The notes: generated from the sequence alone by a model not told the origin. A stretch of 63,872 nucleotides of DNA, filler included, from Reticulomyxa filosa (GCA_000512085.1; 20 parts of 20 records of this genome joined end to end with filler, not necessarily neighbours in it); one strand, 5' to 3'. Positions 12,367-26,513 are shown, counted from the first letter of the whole stretch. Numbers and translations: made by a program.

Positions 12367-14476
12367 TGGGACGCTTTGAACCTCGTGATATGTTCCACAT
12401 TGTATTTAATGCCTTTTTTTTGGTATTCCATTGACTTATCATACAATTTTTGTTTTGATACAAATATCCAAGATTATGATATGTACGTCCAACACAAAAG
12501 TGCACATTACTAAGCACTTTCAAGTATACCTCCAAAGATTTCTCACAACATTCCCGTGCTTTGTTGAGTTGATTTATGCAAAAATGGCAAAAGACTTAAC
12601 TCGGTATATAATTCCCCAACTAATTTGTGATTGATATTAAACTTGGCAAGCCAAATGGACAATGACCGTTCCAAAGAATGGATGGATTTGTCAAATTGAT
12701 TCAATTCATACAAGGTGATACCCAAATTATAAAAGCAATTTCGCAGACGAATATCCATCACATCCGACTGTGTTGAGTACATTTCCAACTCCTTTTCGAA
12801 ATAGCAAAGTGCTTTTTTATATTCTTTAATTTTCAAGTAAGAACGACCCAAAGTCTGATACAAAGAAGCAAGTGCATGATTATCTGGTTTGGGGTTAATA
12901 TGTGGATTTTGCTCCATCCAAACGAGTGCATACCGCAAATATCCAATTGTTGAACGGTAGTGTTTGTTAGAAAATGTAGTAGATGCCAATTGATTCATCT
13001 GATTGAAGTCAGCAGACAAAAGGATGGCAGCAACGGGCTCATTGCAAGTGCAATTAGATGTAGAGCCTGTATGGAACACGTGATTGGTGATATAAGCATC
13101 TTCGCATATCAAATGACAATGCACCACATATACACATCCATAGATGATTATTTCTTGAAATCGAACACTTTTGCAATGAAATAAGGCAATGGTAAAAGCG
13201 CCAACAAAATGCTTTTGTTTCATTGGGCTTTGTTCTTCTTTTGTTTTCATTGATACATCTTCCTCCAGTTCCCAAGTCCAACCTTTGGAGTGTGTCAATG
13301 CATCATCCAAGTTACTTGCCACCACAATGATCCCCTTTTGATTCTGCTCCATCATTTTTGTCATCAATGCTTCGGCTTTCTTTATGGCCTTTATCCAATT
13401 CGCATCTGTATCTTCAATGTAACCATATGAAAAATGCCGACGGGCTCCAAAGTAAATGTCCCTGTCGCAAGAAGAACAAGTCTTGATCAGTCTTTGTCCA
13501 CTTTCATTCTCAAATTTGTCTTTCATCATGTAATTCATATCTTCAATCATCGAATTCATGGAAATCTGGAGACTGTTCTCTTCATTCAGTTGTTCGCAAA
13601 ATAATTTTGTAAATATAGAGCCAGTATTCCCTGTGGGATCGTCTTTGATTGAATTCGTGGTAAGGAACAATACATTTGATCCTGAAAGTCTATTCCATGA
13701 TATAATTTCATCAGCTTTCATTTCACAGGATTTTTCCTTGGCTCAATACAATTTTGAATGATTACTTTGGGTTTTTTTGTAAATCTTGCTCTGGTATCTT
13801 CATACACATTTGCAATTTCATTCCAATGCTTGCATTTGCTATCACTGGTTATTATTGTACCTGTTTCGTCATTTCCATAACCACACCAAACAAATATCAA
13901 TCCATCATATGCTGCAGTGGCTGAAATTTCATTTTTTATTTTTTCTAAAGTATCACTAAGAGTTTTGTTCAATCGATTAAATGTCAATATTTCACTTGCA
14001 CAATCATCCTCATCATATGTTGACATCACTGTATATCCATATTTCATTTCAAATAATCGTTTCAATTGCATCAGGTCACGTTTCACACTGTTTAGCTTTT
14101 CGTCACTTGCTTCATTTCTTATCGTCCCTGCCAACACCACCAATGGATTCACCATTATATGATTTGGCTGAATGTTCATTTGGCCCTTTCTTTTTATGTA
14201 CTTTTTGGGTTTTATTCGAACGTTGAAATGCGCCGGTCCGTCTTTATATGCTCTTTCAACGTCTTCGTCTTTTTTTATTCTTACATTGTTTTTATCTGTG
14301 ATTTCAAATCCTTTTTGTTGATCGCCTTCACTATCGCTTTCACTTTCACTTTCGCTTTCTCTGGCTGAATAGACAAGTTTTTGTACGCTTGCTGTCAAAC
14401 TTTCTGTTGTCAATGTCGACAATAATACCTCATAGCTTTTCTTTTTTGTTTCGATATAGAGTATTGCTTTCAGTGA
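12367..14476 (-). CDS. PB1-like + caspase-like (peptidase C14) + TPR protein, frameshifted; catalytic His appears replaced
   Basis: FEITDKNNVRIKKDEDVERAY (PB1/OPCA-like), NPLVVLAG...KRDLMQLKRLF, YDGLIFVWCGYG, KKPKVIIQNC and GSIFTKLFCEQL (p10-like). TPRs follow: ASLYQTLGRSY, FYNLGITLYELNQFDKSI, TYHNLGYLY. Confidence 0.7.
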
Positions 14477-14874
14477 CATCAACTGTAATTGCAATATGTT
14501 CCTAAAATATTCTTTGTTCTACTTAGAAACACTGGTTTTTCAAAATTTTTCACTAAAAAAGGTTCAAGATTGTTGGATATCCACCCAAAATTTCGAAAAA
14601 TAGAAAGCACTTTACTCAAACTTATAAAAATGTTTCAGATAATATCTTTCTCTAAACAATTCTTTTTCTTTAGTATACTAAATTAATGAAATTGAGCAGT
14701 ATTGTAATTGATCGACACAAAGCGACTTTTGATGCTTTAAAAAGTTACATGCTGTCCATACCTTTGGATAAACTTTATTAGTTCTAGTTTAGATAAGACC
14801 CTTGTTTGTTTTCGCTTAAATTAGCTCAAATAACTGCGTATTCATTTTTCACACTGTTTGTGACGAACCGGCCA

Positions 14875-14973
14875 GAAGACGAAACCCAAAAAATTATTCA
14901 ACATTGAATTCGAATATCAACATCAAATTAGGATGGATACAAGATTTGGACAGACTTGTTATCAAATACGTTA
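14875..14973 (+). pseudogene. Orphan decayed exon of the Kelch/WD40-family linker module
   Basis: Translates as EDETQKIIQH*IRI/IKLGWIQDLDRLVIKY with an in-frame TGA and a frameshift; it resembles the linker at ~1022-1126. Confidence 0.6.
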
Positions 14974-15318
14974 AGTTTATCTATTTTTTATTTTATTTAA
15001 GATAAATATTTATCTGCTGTTTTTATTCATGTTCACAATTTAATACATGCGATTAATGTCTTCCTATTTGAAATGTTTTGTTCATTAACAATTTTAAAAT
15101 AATTCATAGATATCACTAAACTACAAGTAAATCATATCTTTAAAATAAAAAAGCATCAATTCAGCTTTTAAATTTGTTGTTTTCATGTATTACAAAAGTT
15201 TTTGTTTGAATACTTTTTTTGCAATGTAAAATACCTCTTTTTTGTTTTTTCAAAAGGGTCTGTCACGTCCCTTTTATTAAAAAAGTTAAAAAAAACTAAA
15301 CAAAATTCAACATATCAC

Positions 15319-16375
15319 ATGAGCGAACAAATTCAAGACGTTGCTGCAACTAACTTTGAATTTTTGGAAGAGTTTCCCACTTCACTTGAGCAAGCTCAAT
15401 GTGTGCTACACAAACACGAATTCCTCATTTGTGGAAGCCTTGAGAGAAGAGCCTGTTATTCTTTTCATACGCTTAAAAACGAATTCAAGTTTGTCTGTGA
15501 GTATCCAAGTAATGTTGAATTACGTGGACACTGTGTAGTGAAATTGGTAGATAACAACAAAGACAGCAATGAAATCACTTTGCTGTCTTTTGGTGGATCT
15601 AAATATGTAACAAGACACACGTTGACGATGAAATATGTAAGTGTTTGGAGTAATGACAGTAATAATGCCAATGACAACGAAAGTAACAAATTAAACAATT
15701 ACAATCAATGGACTCTTTTAACAGACAGTCATAATAATCCAGTTCACATTGGAAGTGGTGATGATGATTATCAGGGAGTACGTGTAGTGATTGGTGGAAG
15801 CAACAAAAATTTGTTATTTATCACTTATTCTTTTGATAATATTAGTGTGTTTGATTTAAATACACTTCAATTTATTAAACATGATAGATTGCCAACTAAA
15901 AATGAAATATGTTATCATTGCTTTGTATCAAAGACAGAAAATGTACAAGAAATGACGAAAACAAATGAAGAAAAAAAAAAAAATAAAAATCAAATGTGGT
16001 TGTTTTGCAAAAGCAGGGTTATCAATTGAATATGATGAAGATAGCAGCACTTTTCAATTTCACCAAATATCTGTTTGTGATGATATTGCGCCATTCAGAA
16101 ATTATGCATGTGTATGCATCAATGATATCATCTTGTTCTTTGGTGGATATTGTTATAGAGATGGCAGTTTTTCAAACTTGGTGTACAAGTATTCTATTCA
16201 AGAAAATACATGGATGACATTTCAAAGCACTTTACCCAATCCAATGGAAGGTTGTACTGCAACACTAAGCGAAGAAAATACTGATATATACATCATTGGA
16301 GGACAAAATAATACAATTATGGAATTGCCAATTTACTTGAAGACAAAAGTGCGTTTATGGGATGTTTCGCAGTTG
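15319..16375 (+). CDS. Kelch-repeat protein (frameshift in an A-run at ~16010; truncated)
   Basis: Clear paralog of 90-899: MKYVSVWS, VVIGGSNKNLLFIT, YHCFV, GLSIEYDE, ILFFGGY, IYIIGG. Confidence 0.85.
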
Positions 16376-17349
16376 GTAATTATTTGTTATTTTAACACAA
16401 TATATTTTATTACAAATTGACNNNNNNNNNNNNNNNNNNNNNNNNNNNNNNNNNNNNNNNNNNNNTTAATTAATTAANNNNNNNNNNNNNNNNNNNNNNN
16501 NNNNNNNNNNNNNNNNNNNNNCTTGATAAATAAATAAAAATATTTTGGATGCTTTGCATCACTATACAAATGAACCAGTCCCCGAAAGGGGTTTAAATGG
16601 TTTGTAATTTATTTATTTATTTTTTTTAATATATTAAATTGTGATTTTTTTTATAATAGCGCCGCCACAAGTACCCAAAGAAAAAAAAAGTGTTAACACA
16701 CTTCATCTATGAAAAAAAATAAGTGGTTGAAGTCCACCCCGTATGGAGAAAAAAAAAAAAGGGTTTGTACATTTATATATACGTTTTTGTTTATATAAAA
16801 ATATGCTTTTGTTTGTTTGTCTTCATCAATAGGCATGCCCACATCAATGAAAAAATATATATGTTTGTTCATATAAATAAAAAATGTATTTGTTTGCCAC
16901 ACACTTTTACATAAAGTTGTTTTTTTTGAAGAAAAATAGGAATTGGATTGTGAATAGAACCAGGTTCCGTTCTGCAAAGGTATTGTCTATGTTTGTTTTT
17001 TTCTTTAAAAATAAAAAAACTCTTTGTTGTTTTACAGATTTCAAGACTCAAGGCAAATATGAAAAAATGATTGTGTGTGAAGGGAGGGGGGGGAGGAGGG
17101 GAATACTAAAGTTGGGAAAAAGAATGGGAAAAAATAATTAAAAAAATTGGGGAATATTATGAAAAAAAGGAAAAAATTGTAGGGAAAAAGAAATAAAAAA
17201 AAATGAATGAAGAAAAAAAAAAATAAAAAGGAAGAAAATGAATAAAAATGAGAAAAAAAGAAAAAAAAAAAGAGGTAAGTTAATATATTTTTGTTGTCTT
17301 TATTTAAAATATATAAAACGTTTGAATGTATATGAATGATTTGAACACA

Positions 17350-18307
17350 GACAGCAAAAAACGACGGAGCCAATGTGGGCAAGTTTGTGAAAAAAAGTTT
17401 GGAAGAGGCACCAGCGAACGAGCAAGCAAAAGAGAATGAGTTGAAGAACAAGTTGTCGTTGGTGGAATTGGATGGATTCAAGCGCAAATTAACTCTCATC
17501 ATCACCGTGCGTGGCAAGTGCATGGTGACATTGGACCTGTTTTTGCAAAGGCCACCTGTTATCAGGTCGAGATGGAGGAGTGATGGACGGCGATGTGAAA
17601 ATATCACAAATGTTGGAGGCAATATCATGGGATAGTGAAGATACGTTATACGTAGCCCCACGTAACGTATACAGTTTGAGCACACAAGTGCGAAGTGGTA
17701 CAACAGTATCACAAGGTCCCAGTAGCAGTAACAGCAGCAGCAGCGGCAGTGGAAATGAAGATACATTTGGCTTAGAACCAGCATGGATGCCATATATGCA
17801 TCAAAGTCAATCAGGAATGTCGTCTCTGCTGAGCTTGTCTATACACTGTATCGCAATATATGAACAAGAACAGTGATCAAGCAAAACAAATATTGGGGGA
17901 CACTTTCGACAAATGCTTCACGACTTCCCTCCTGCCGTGTTATCGTTGTATTTGCTCGGAAAGAAGAAGCTGAAACAAATGATCGCGCCTCACAAGTCGG
18001 CCCTCGCCAATGGCATTTTTCGAACTGATGCGCTCGCTGGTCCCCAAAAACATGGTGGACGGCGAAAATCTTTGAACACACACACAAACAGCGCTGGCAC
18101 GTCTGCACGACTCGAGCAACAACACAGAGTTTGCACGGCATCAACGACTATTAGAAGCCTATCCCAAGGCCACCAACACATTGACTTGGGATTGGCGCAA
18201 CATCAATTGGATGGAGGGATAGAACTCGACACAGAGTAATCTCGTCGTGTTTTTTTGCAGCGTGGCAAAGATATCAACTCGTCGGCCACGTTATTCTGTC
18301 ACTTGCT
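17350..18307 (+). CDS. Hypothetical protein fragment (frameshifted)
   Basis: GC-richer segment after an intron-like tract, with overlapping ORFs 17375, 17580 and 17913. No recognisable motif. Confidence 0.3.
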
Positions 18308-18407
18308 NNNNNNNNNNNNNNNNNNNNNNNNNNNNNNNNNNNNNNNNNNNNTTAATTAATTAANNNNNNNNNNNNNNNNNNNNNNNNNNNNNNNNNNNNN
18401 NNNNNNN

Positions 18408-18448
<41 letters not shown>

Positions 18449-18449
18449 C

Positions 18450-19654
18450 TTGAACAAAAAAAAAATGGGATTGGGAAACGCTCATCGTTAATCTCGGCTC
18501 GCCACGACATGCTGTATAAAAAGGCACTTGAAAAACAAAAGACGAAAAAAAAAGTTGTGCTGCCAACGATAGCAGAAGCAAACAGCCAAGTGGCCACGCG
18601 AACGGATAGCACTAGAGTGGGCACTATCACTACCGCTACAACAACAACAACAACAGCAGCAGCAGCAGCAGCAGCAGCAGTGGAAAATGGCAAAAAAATG
18701 CATCGGAAAAAGACATTTGGGAGAATCGACACGTCGATCGGACTGAAGGAACTAGTGGCAGTGCTGTTCACAAACGATCGAGCGACGCCGCAAGGCAGCG
18801 TGGTCGGTCGCAGTGTTCGCTCCTCGCATAAAAACAGCCACTCGGCGTCGTCCAAACAACAGCTGTCCCTACGTGACGTCCTGCGCGTTATGTATGGGTT
18901 GGAAGTTTTTTAGGATTTTTTGGTCGCGAATTCTCACATGAAAACTTGCTTGGTTATTTATATACAAATATACACATATATCCATATACATGTATATGTG
19001 TATATGTGTATATGTATTCATTTTTTTTTTAATATAAAAAGGTCTATTAATACCCCCCCCCCTTTTTTTAAAAAAAAAAAAAAAATTTCTAAAGGGATAA
19101 TAAATGGTTGAAATTTATTTAATTGTATCTTGTTTAACAAATTGGTGTTTAGCTGTAATCGAATTTACGCAGTTCGAAGAGTTCTACTTGAAAACGACGG
19201 GACAAAAAAACCGACCGAACGAGGACAAACGACGACGCAAGAGTCTGTCCGACAATGAAAAGAAGGAGAGAGATCGGGATGGAAATCACGGCGATGATCA
19301 CAACGACAACGACAATGACAATGACGAAGAGGAGATAGACATCGTGGCGGAGCAACTCAAACGTCCGGCTCTAGAGGACTCGATGCAAAGAGTCGTGACG
19401 TGTTTGAACGCACGGAAGATGATGCCATGGTCATTGGTGGCGCTGCTCACAAACCCGCAGCCGTCGAACATTTTACCTCTGTCTTCTCCATTACCATCAC
19501 CGAAGACAAGCCCGAAACTATCGATGGCAAGCCTAACATCGAACTCGAAAAAGACATTCATCGAGAATCTGACAATCTGGACGAAAAAAAAAATGATCCA
19601 AATGATAATAATGATAATAATAATGATAATAATAATAATAATGACAATAATAAC

Positions 19655-19687
<33 letters not shown>

Positions 19688-19740
19688 TCCGACATCAAGC
19701 ATTTACGTTTGGCATTATCCTCATTTACACCTAGCGAAAG
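18450..19740 (+). CDS. Hypothetical low-complexity protein fragment (poly-T/A, D/N-rich, poly-N)
   Basis: Coding-like GC content, introns, and a (AAT)n tract at ~19600-19687 read as poly-Asn in frame 19400-19744. Confidence 0.4.
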
Positions 19741-21534
19741 GTAAGCTAAAATTGTTTGCGTGCGCAACGTATACTGCATTAACTTGTGTCAATGCAGTGG
19801 GATGTTTTTCTCCAAAAAGAAGAAGAAGAAGNNNNNNNNNNNNNNNNNNNNNNNNNNNNNNNNNNNNNNNNNNNNTTAATTAATTAANNNNNNNNNNNNN
19901 NNNNNNNNNNNNNNNNNNNNNNNNNNNNNNNAGGTCTACGACGGAAAACTTTTCAAAGTTTGAACATTAAATATATCCGTCACTGTCTCACAAATCATTG
20001 TCTTGAAACAACTAGTCAAAGATAAAGATGAATTATTTCTTATACTTGTCAACACTGCACAAGAACGAAGGTTCGAATTTACATTATTATGCATGGATAT
20101 ATAATAGTTCGGTCAGTTTGCTGATTTTTTAATGAACAGTATGACAATAGTAAACAATTGACAAAATGAAAAATTTTCGAAAAGTGAGAAAAAAGTTCAC
20201 GAGCACATTTAAAAAATTCACAAATGGGCATAACAACAGCTTGCCAAACGAAATTTGCAATCAAACAATATACAAAAACAGGGTATCAAACCAAAAAGTT
20301 TAAAAATTCAATAACAAACGGCCTTTGATCTACAAACATTGATTTATTTTCATTTTAAAATAGTTTTTAAATTGTTGAAAACTTTTAAAAATGTGAAATT
20401 GACTCGTAATGTGTGTCTTGCTCAGTTTCATTGGTCTTGAGAAAAAAAGTTCAATCATTTTTCATCCTGCATTATATCTAAAAAGAAAAAAAAAGAACAG
20501 CCACTCGTAGTAATGAAAAACAAACTTCAATGATACCAACACTGGTAAACTTCTTTGCTTTTTGAAAAAATAATTTCTAAACGTGCGTGTGTGAACGAAG
20601 TAATTAAAATTGACGAAAACTTGACTACAGTCGTAGGACAATTGTGATTTTTGCAATCGTGTGCTGTTTTGGTATTGTGTTTTGTTGCAATATTTCTTTG
20701 TCATTTTTTACTGCTTGCGGTTGTTTTTCTAAATAATCTTTTCTGTAATCTCCAATTCCTGCAGGAAAAGAATGTCGTTTATTCTGCAACATGTTTTAGA
20801 AAACGTTCACCTCTTTACCCTTGAGCTTACCGTTTGACGAATCATAATATCAAAGAGGATCTTGGAAAAATATTTGGTATAACTGTTTCTGTGATAAAAT
20901 CATTTACAATTTTGTAATAAGGTACCAATAGTGACCACATTTTTCACCAAAGGGTTACAGCATTGATGAAATTTGACAGCCTGATTTTTAAATATGAGTA
21001 CGCCTTTTTTTTTTTTTACGAAACACGAACATTTTCTAGATTTCATTGTTATTTTAATTTAAAATTTGGTCCAGCCGTACCCATATTTTTTGTTAAAAAA
21101 ATTTTGTCTCGCCATTGATCAGACCAGTATAATCAAAAGGAAAGCCAATCATAGACAAAACAAAATAGAAAGAGAAACACAAAACGAATTGAAAAACATC
21201 TAAAAAAAAACAAAAGAAAAACAACAATCAAAACCAAACAAAAAAAAGTAGGAAAAAAGAAAAAAAAGAAAAAAAGAAAAACAACAAAACATAAGCATAT
21301 GATATTTGTCACTTTTGCTGCTATTTTTTTTTTTAATCATTCCAAAACATTAAAAAAAAAAGATCAGAACACCAAAGATTACATATTGAAAAAAAGACCA
21401 AACAACACAACAATAACAAAAAAAAAAAAAAAAANNNNNNNNNNNNNNNNNNNNNNNNNNNNNNNNNNNNNNNNNNNNTTAATTAATTAANNNNNNNNNN
21501 NNNNNNNNNNNNNNNNNNNNNNNNNNNNNNNNNN

Positions 21535-22752
21535 GGGGGGGGGAAAAAAAAAGCAAAACTTTTGTAAAAGCGATGAGTGAATCCCGCGTACAAGTGGATC
21601 CAATCGCAGCGAAGGGGATCCCACCCCCTTTTTTTTTTGAAAATGGACATGTAATCAAACAGCTGAAAACTGGTATGAAGCGAGCGAACTTGATTCGCTT
21701 GAATTAACGCCGGGAAGCTCTCGACATATTCCAAAAGCAAATGTTCCGTGACATTGTGAAACAATTGATCTAACAGGAACAGGAACAAAAAAAAAAAAAA
21801 AAACCAAATAAACAAATCAATACATATATAAATATATTTATATATTTATATATGTATTGATTTGTTTATTTGCTTTGCGCATGAAACGAGCACATATACA
21901 CATATGTATATGTGTATATGTATATATGATAATGTATATATATATATATATATACAAACTCCATTGGGTCGGAGAGACTTGCGTTTCGAGCCAGGGCAAG
22001 AACTGGTGTAGGAAGGAGTGAATAGTGAAATAAGTGAAGAATTGGGTCTGACACAACTGATCATAATAGACTTTGCGATCGATCAAACGCTGCTTCAGTT
22101 CATTGCCATGCGTGGCGTTGGGAAAGAACTGAGAAGAATTGGATACCAACAGCAGACATCTTTTATGGAACTCGTTCACGTCGTTAAGCATTTGTATACT
22201 TCGAAACTCTTTTTTCAACGCCTCATTGTTGCCACTGCTCGTCGTGTTGTCTTTGCCGAGGATCGCCTCTTTCACTTCATTTTTATACGTCGCGATGGTC
22301 GCATTGACTTCTTTTTGCTGCACGATTCGAAGCAATGGCATTGTCTTATGCTTTTTATACTCGTCGCTCACTTGCGACTTTTCCATTTCCAAATATGTCG
22401 CACTCGTCGTCGGCGCCACTTCGATACAAAAGTAAGGGATGCCGTAGTAGTCTAACAGCACGCGGAACTCCCACGACTGTGGGTTCCGCGCTTGCTGGAA
22501 CAACTCGATCGATGTGTCCTCTTTTTTCACTTTACTCTTTGACACGCCTCCGACAATACTCTCCTTTTCTTCTCCTTCTGCTTCCTTCTTCTTCGCTGGG
22601 AAATGCAACTCCACTTGCTTGCCTTGCGTTAGCTTCTTCCCACTTTGCAACAGCGGGTGTTTTGGATCTGTCGAATACCGTCGCAACCAACTTAACACCA
22701 CAAAACGAGGGTGGGGTCGTAGAGAATGCACTATCGGAAAAATACGTGCCAT
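21535..22752 (-). CDS. PTGES2: Prostaglandin E synthase 2-like glutaredoxin/GST protein with mitochondrial-type presequence (truncated)
   Basis: FRVLLDYYGIPYFCIEVAP resembles mPGES-2 KVRAFLD...PY.VVEVNP. The second exon ALIQANQVRSLHTSFQLFDY resembles HLISPNVYRTP.EAL.SFDY. Confidence 0.7.
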
Positions 22753-23310
22753 TTTTTTTTTTCAGCGATTTATTATTTATAGTCACTAGTTTTTTTTTAT
22801 ATACTGTCCCTTTTTCTCCTCCTTCTCTTTTGGTCCTGGTTTAACAATAACAACATTTTTCTTCTCAAAAACACTGGTGTATAGAAAGTGTCACCAATTT
22901 CAAACATTTTTCCTTTTGTTCACAATTTCTTTCGTTCGCTTCGCTCTAATAGTACTTATTTCGATTGAACACTTGGAAGAAAAAATATCGCGCTTATGTA
23001 ATTCAACTTGTTTATGCAGTTTCTGTCTTTGTTACTTTTCTTTCGATTGTCAAGACCGAAAGACCCCCCACAGGAAATTTTCAACGTTCTGAAAAGTTAC
23101 TTTCAAGCTTTCAATTTAGTTTTTTAGTTTTTTATCCTTAACTAATTCATTCTTTTTACTTTTTTTTTATCCTTTTCAAGTATTTTATTAACAAATCGTC
23201 ACTTTTAGCAATGGTTTGTCAACCGATCAAAAATTTGTCCAATCCCAAATATAATGTGGTGTTGTTTGTTTGAAAAAAAAAAGAATAGCAACACTGTTAA
23301 CCAAATAACC

Positions 23311-24190
23311 ATGTTAACAATTCAACAAAGACAAGACTTGGTCGACGAAAAAATTAAGCAGAGATCACCACCTCCTGAAAACAGGGTAAGAATAAACTGT
23401 AAAAAGAAAAAATTTCTTTTTACAGTTGTCCTTTCGTTTTACACATAACCAAAAAAAAAAAAAAAAAGAACGACGAATTAATAAGTTCCGAAAGCAAAAC
23501 CTCAAGCAATTCGGCATTTGAGATGGACTTGCATGCGAGCGAGTGTTATCAAAGCCCGTGTGTGAATGGTAGTGGTAAGAAAATGTGTCAACGAATGTGG
23601 ACCCATTGGCAGTACAATGAAGAACTGAACCAATGGGAATTCAACCACCGCATTGCTCGCATTCCATCGCTGCAAAGAGAAATACTGGACACGTTACCAC
23701 CATCTCCATCGCCGCAATTGTTGGCAGCGCGTGTGGAAACAGTTCGGGATTGCAACAGCAGCGATGACGACATGAGTGAAAATGGCGTGAGATTTGGAGA
23801 CGTTCCTGTCGAGCGAATGCTTCGAACTCCATCTCCTGTTCCAGGACCCGTTCATTTGGACAATGACATCACCAAAAGAAAGCGAATGCAACAAAACCAC
23901 AGACGCGTTACAATCAATTTGAACGTGCCTCTGAGTTGCGCGAATAAGAAACGAGATTGGTCGCAGATGAGAGAAACTGATTCTGATGCGAGTGATGCAG
24001 CTGACCCAATCCCTCCGAACCAAAGCAAAAAAGCCAAACTTGTTCAATTGCCTTATCAATATCGTCTGGACGTGGAAGAAAAGGGCGCCATCAAACACTT
24101 TTCTACTGATGCTTCAGATATGAACGACGCTTGGTTAAAGTTTTTGAGCGCACGCGGATTGTCTCTGTTGGACGCCAAAGACAAAACAAA
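23311..24190 (+). CDS. Hypothetical protein (multi-exon, truncated)
   Basis: A short first exon (MLTIQQRQDL) with a GT donor at ~23385, then ORF 23523-24236 with coding-like composition. Confidence 0.5.
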
Positions 24191-24421
24191 AGTTCGATTG
24201 ATTAAAATTTCTATTATTCGAAATTATTTATGTTAATCGCTATTGCTTTGTATAACACACTAACGGCTCGCATATTTCCTTTTTGTTTCTTGTTTTTTTT
24301 TTTTTTTTTTTTTTTTTCTTTNNNNNNNNNNNNNNNNNNNNNNNNNNNNNNNNNNNNNNNNNNNNTTAATTAATTAANNNNNNNNNNNNNNNNNNNNNNN
24401 NNNNNNNNNNNNNNNNNNNNN

Positions 24422-24705
24422 TGATGATTGATAACTCTGCTGCTGCCGATATGGCTGATCTCGCTCATACGAATTTGTGAAATGATTTTCTCCTCTTCCT
24501 CCTCCTCCTCCTCCTCCTCTCCTTCCAAACGGACCTGAACCGAATTTACCTTCATTGTGAAAATTTCGTCTTGGTGCCTCTTCATTGTACTCGTCGCCGC
24601 CGCCACGTCCGTTGCTGTCTCGATTCCTCATTCCATTTGACATCTCTTGTGGTCTTCTGTACTGGCCACGATCTCCCATTGATCGTCCTCCTGGCCTGTC
24701 ACCAC
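24422..24705 (-). CDS. RGG/Gly-rich exon of a probable RNA-binding protein (fragment)
   Basis: NGRGGGDE...FGRRGGGGGGGRGE. Confidence 0.45.
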
Positions 24706-25449
24706 TAGTCCCACAACAATCTCTTCTCTTTTCCTTTTTCCCATTTTCTACTTTTCAACAGCAACACAAAACTAAACTTGTCTTCATGTGCTTTGTATCC
24801 TTGCTCTTCATCGCTTTCGTTCTGTATTTGTCAAAGCCACTCTTTTGTCTCTTTTTTTTTTTGTATACCTCTCCTACTCTTCTTTCCTTTCCTTATTCAA
24901 CGGTTTTTACCTGTCTTTTTTTTTGCATCTCCAACGCTTTATGAAATAATAATTTATTTTCAACTTTTTATTGTATGTCCATCTCCTTTTTTCCCCTCCG
25001 TTTTTGTGACTTTCGACTAGAAATTAGTCCAAAAAAAAAAATACGCAAATTCGGATAAAAGCCTTTTATTTGATCAGAATACAATCAATCGCCAAAAGAG
25101 GTTCCCAAAATGAGCAACAATAAATATTTCAATGTTTTTACAGAAAGTCCATTTTTATATTTTCCAGGATGTATAAATATCATTTTTAAAAATGTATCTT
25201 TAATAAAAGTGTAAAATCACGAAAATCTGTATTATTTTTTTGTTTTGAACATTTTCAATAATATTGATTTTTTATAAATAAACTGCAAATATTATATTGG
25301 TTCATTTTAGGGACTTTTTTTTTGTGCAAAATAATGTGATTTCATTTACTAGATGGAGAAATTATATAGCACATTATAATTGGAATATAATCGTCCTCAA
25401 AGAATAAATATTTTAACTCATATGTGATTGAGAAGAGATGGAAAAACAG

Positions 25450-26513
25450 TCAAAACTTTTGAAAGAGAAAAAATATTACCTTTGACAAGTGCAGGCTTCA
25501 ACCATTTAAAAAAAAAGCTGTTACAATTTTTGTGATTTTTTTTTTTGGATTTGGTGCGATGAGAAGAGACGACATTGATGGTTTTGATAAAAAAGTAATA
25601 TCTGGTCGGAAAAGAAGATCCAAACAAATGCAAATCTTCCCACTTTCCACAAACTTTAAAATTATTATTCGTCATGGGCGTGTGTTGCCAAGTCAACATA
25701 TCATCACAAACACAAACCACATAATTGATGTTTGACACTTCAACACTGTCACGTGTGATCTGTTGTAAAGTGTCTTTTTGACAGACATATTGCAACATCG
25801 CCTCATAAATTGCACAACAGTGATCATTGCCATGAACAATACGTTCATTGATCACTAGCCATTCGATCACCATTGCGCTTTGGGGACACTCATTTAGTTC
25901 TTTCAAACACAATGGATTGAAATCAACGCTGGCACAATAATTAGGATAAGTTGTCATTATCAGCACACCCAAACACATTTTCTCTTCCTTTCCTAAATGT
26001 AGTTTATATCTTATAAATGCATACATATTTATATGAATATGTACATATGTGTGAGTTTTTTTTGTTACTTGTGTTGTCCCCTTTTTTTTCTCGTTCATAT
26101 GCCATGTACATGCAATGGCTTTCAACATAGAAATCCAGTTCTTCGCTCGATAGTGAAATGTTCAGCTTTGTCAAATTCAAAATTTTTTTGTAGCGCGTCT
26201 TAAATAAAATGTATGCTTTTATTAACACAATAAAATACATCACCAAAATAGGCGTTATGATAATGCTTACGTAGGTTACCATGGGCAATGGCTGTTTTCG
26301 AATGAAAGTCACTACTGTCAACAGTCCCATGCATACTATTCCTATTACTAACACACTTCCTGATATTGTTACGTCAAAAAATGAAACACGCGCCAGATGT
26401 TGTATTCGGTGTCTCGGTTCGTTTAGTATTATTCTAAATATCTCGCTCAAGTCAGCTTTTGTCGCTTTTCGAATGTCATAGTCACAAGTTTTCTCGCTTA
26501 ATTTCAAGGTCAT
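25450..26513 (-). CDS. Membrane-anchored GNAT-like (NAT8/camello-like) protein
   Basis: YDIRKATKADLSEIFRII (GNAT beta1/alpha1-like), two hydrophobic helices, then a second exon with a beta-strand pattern. The motif match is weak. Confidence 0.4.

Noticed and set aside
16693-17340. Phe/Lys-rich ORFs here and in many similar places
   Set aside because: They are translations of poly-A/T intronic or intergenic DNA.
19104-19883. ORF with poly-Ile/Met, and antisense poly-Ile/Leu ORFs resembling membrane proteins
   Set aside because: These are alternative-frame readings of an (AAT)n microsatellite.
19932-21434. Contig with short ORFs only
   Set aside because: No supportable coding, RNA or repeat feature was seen.
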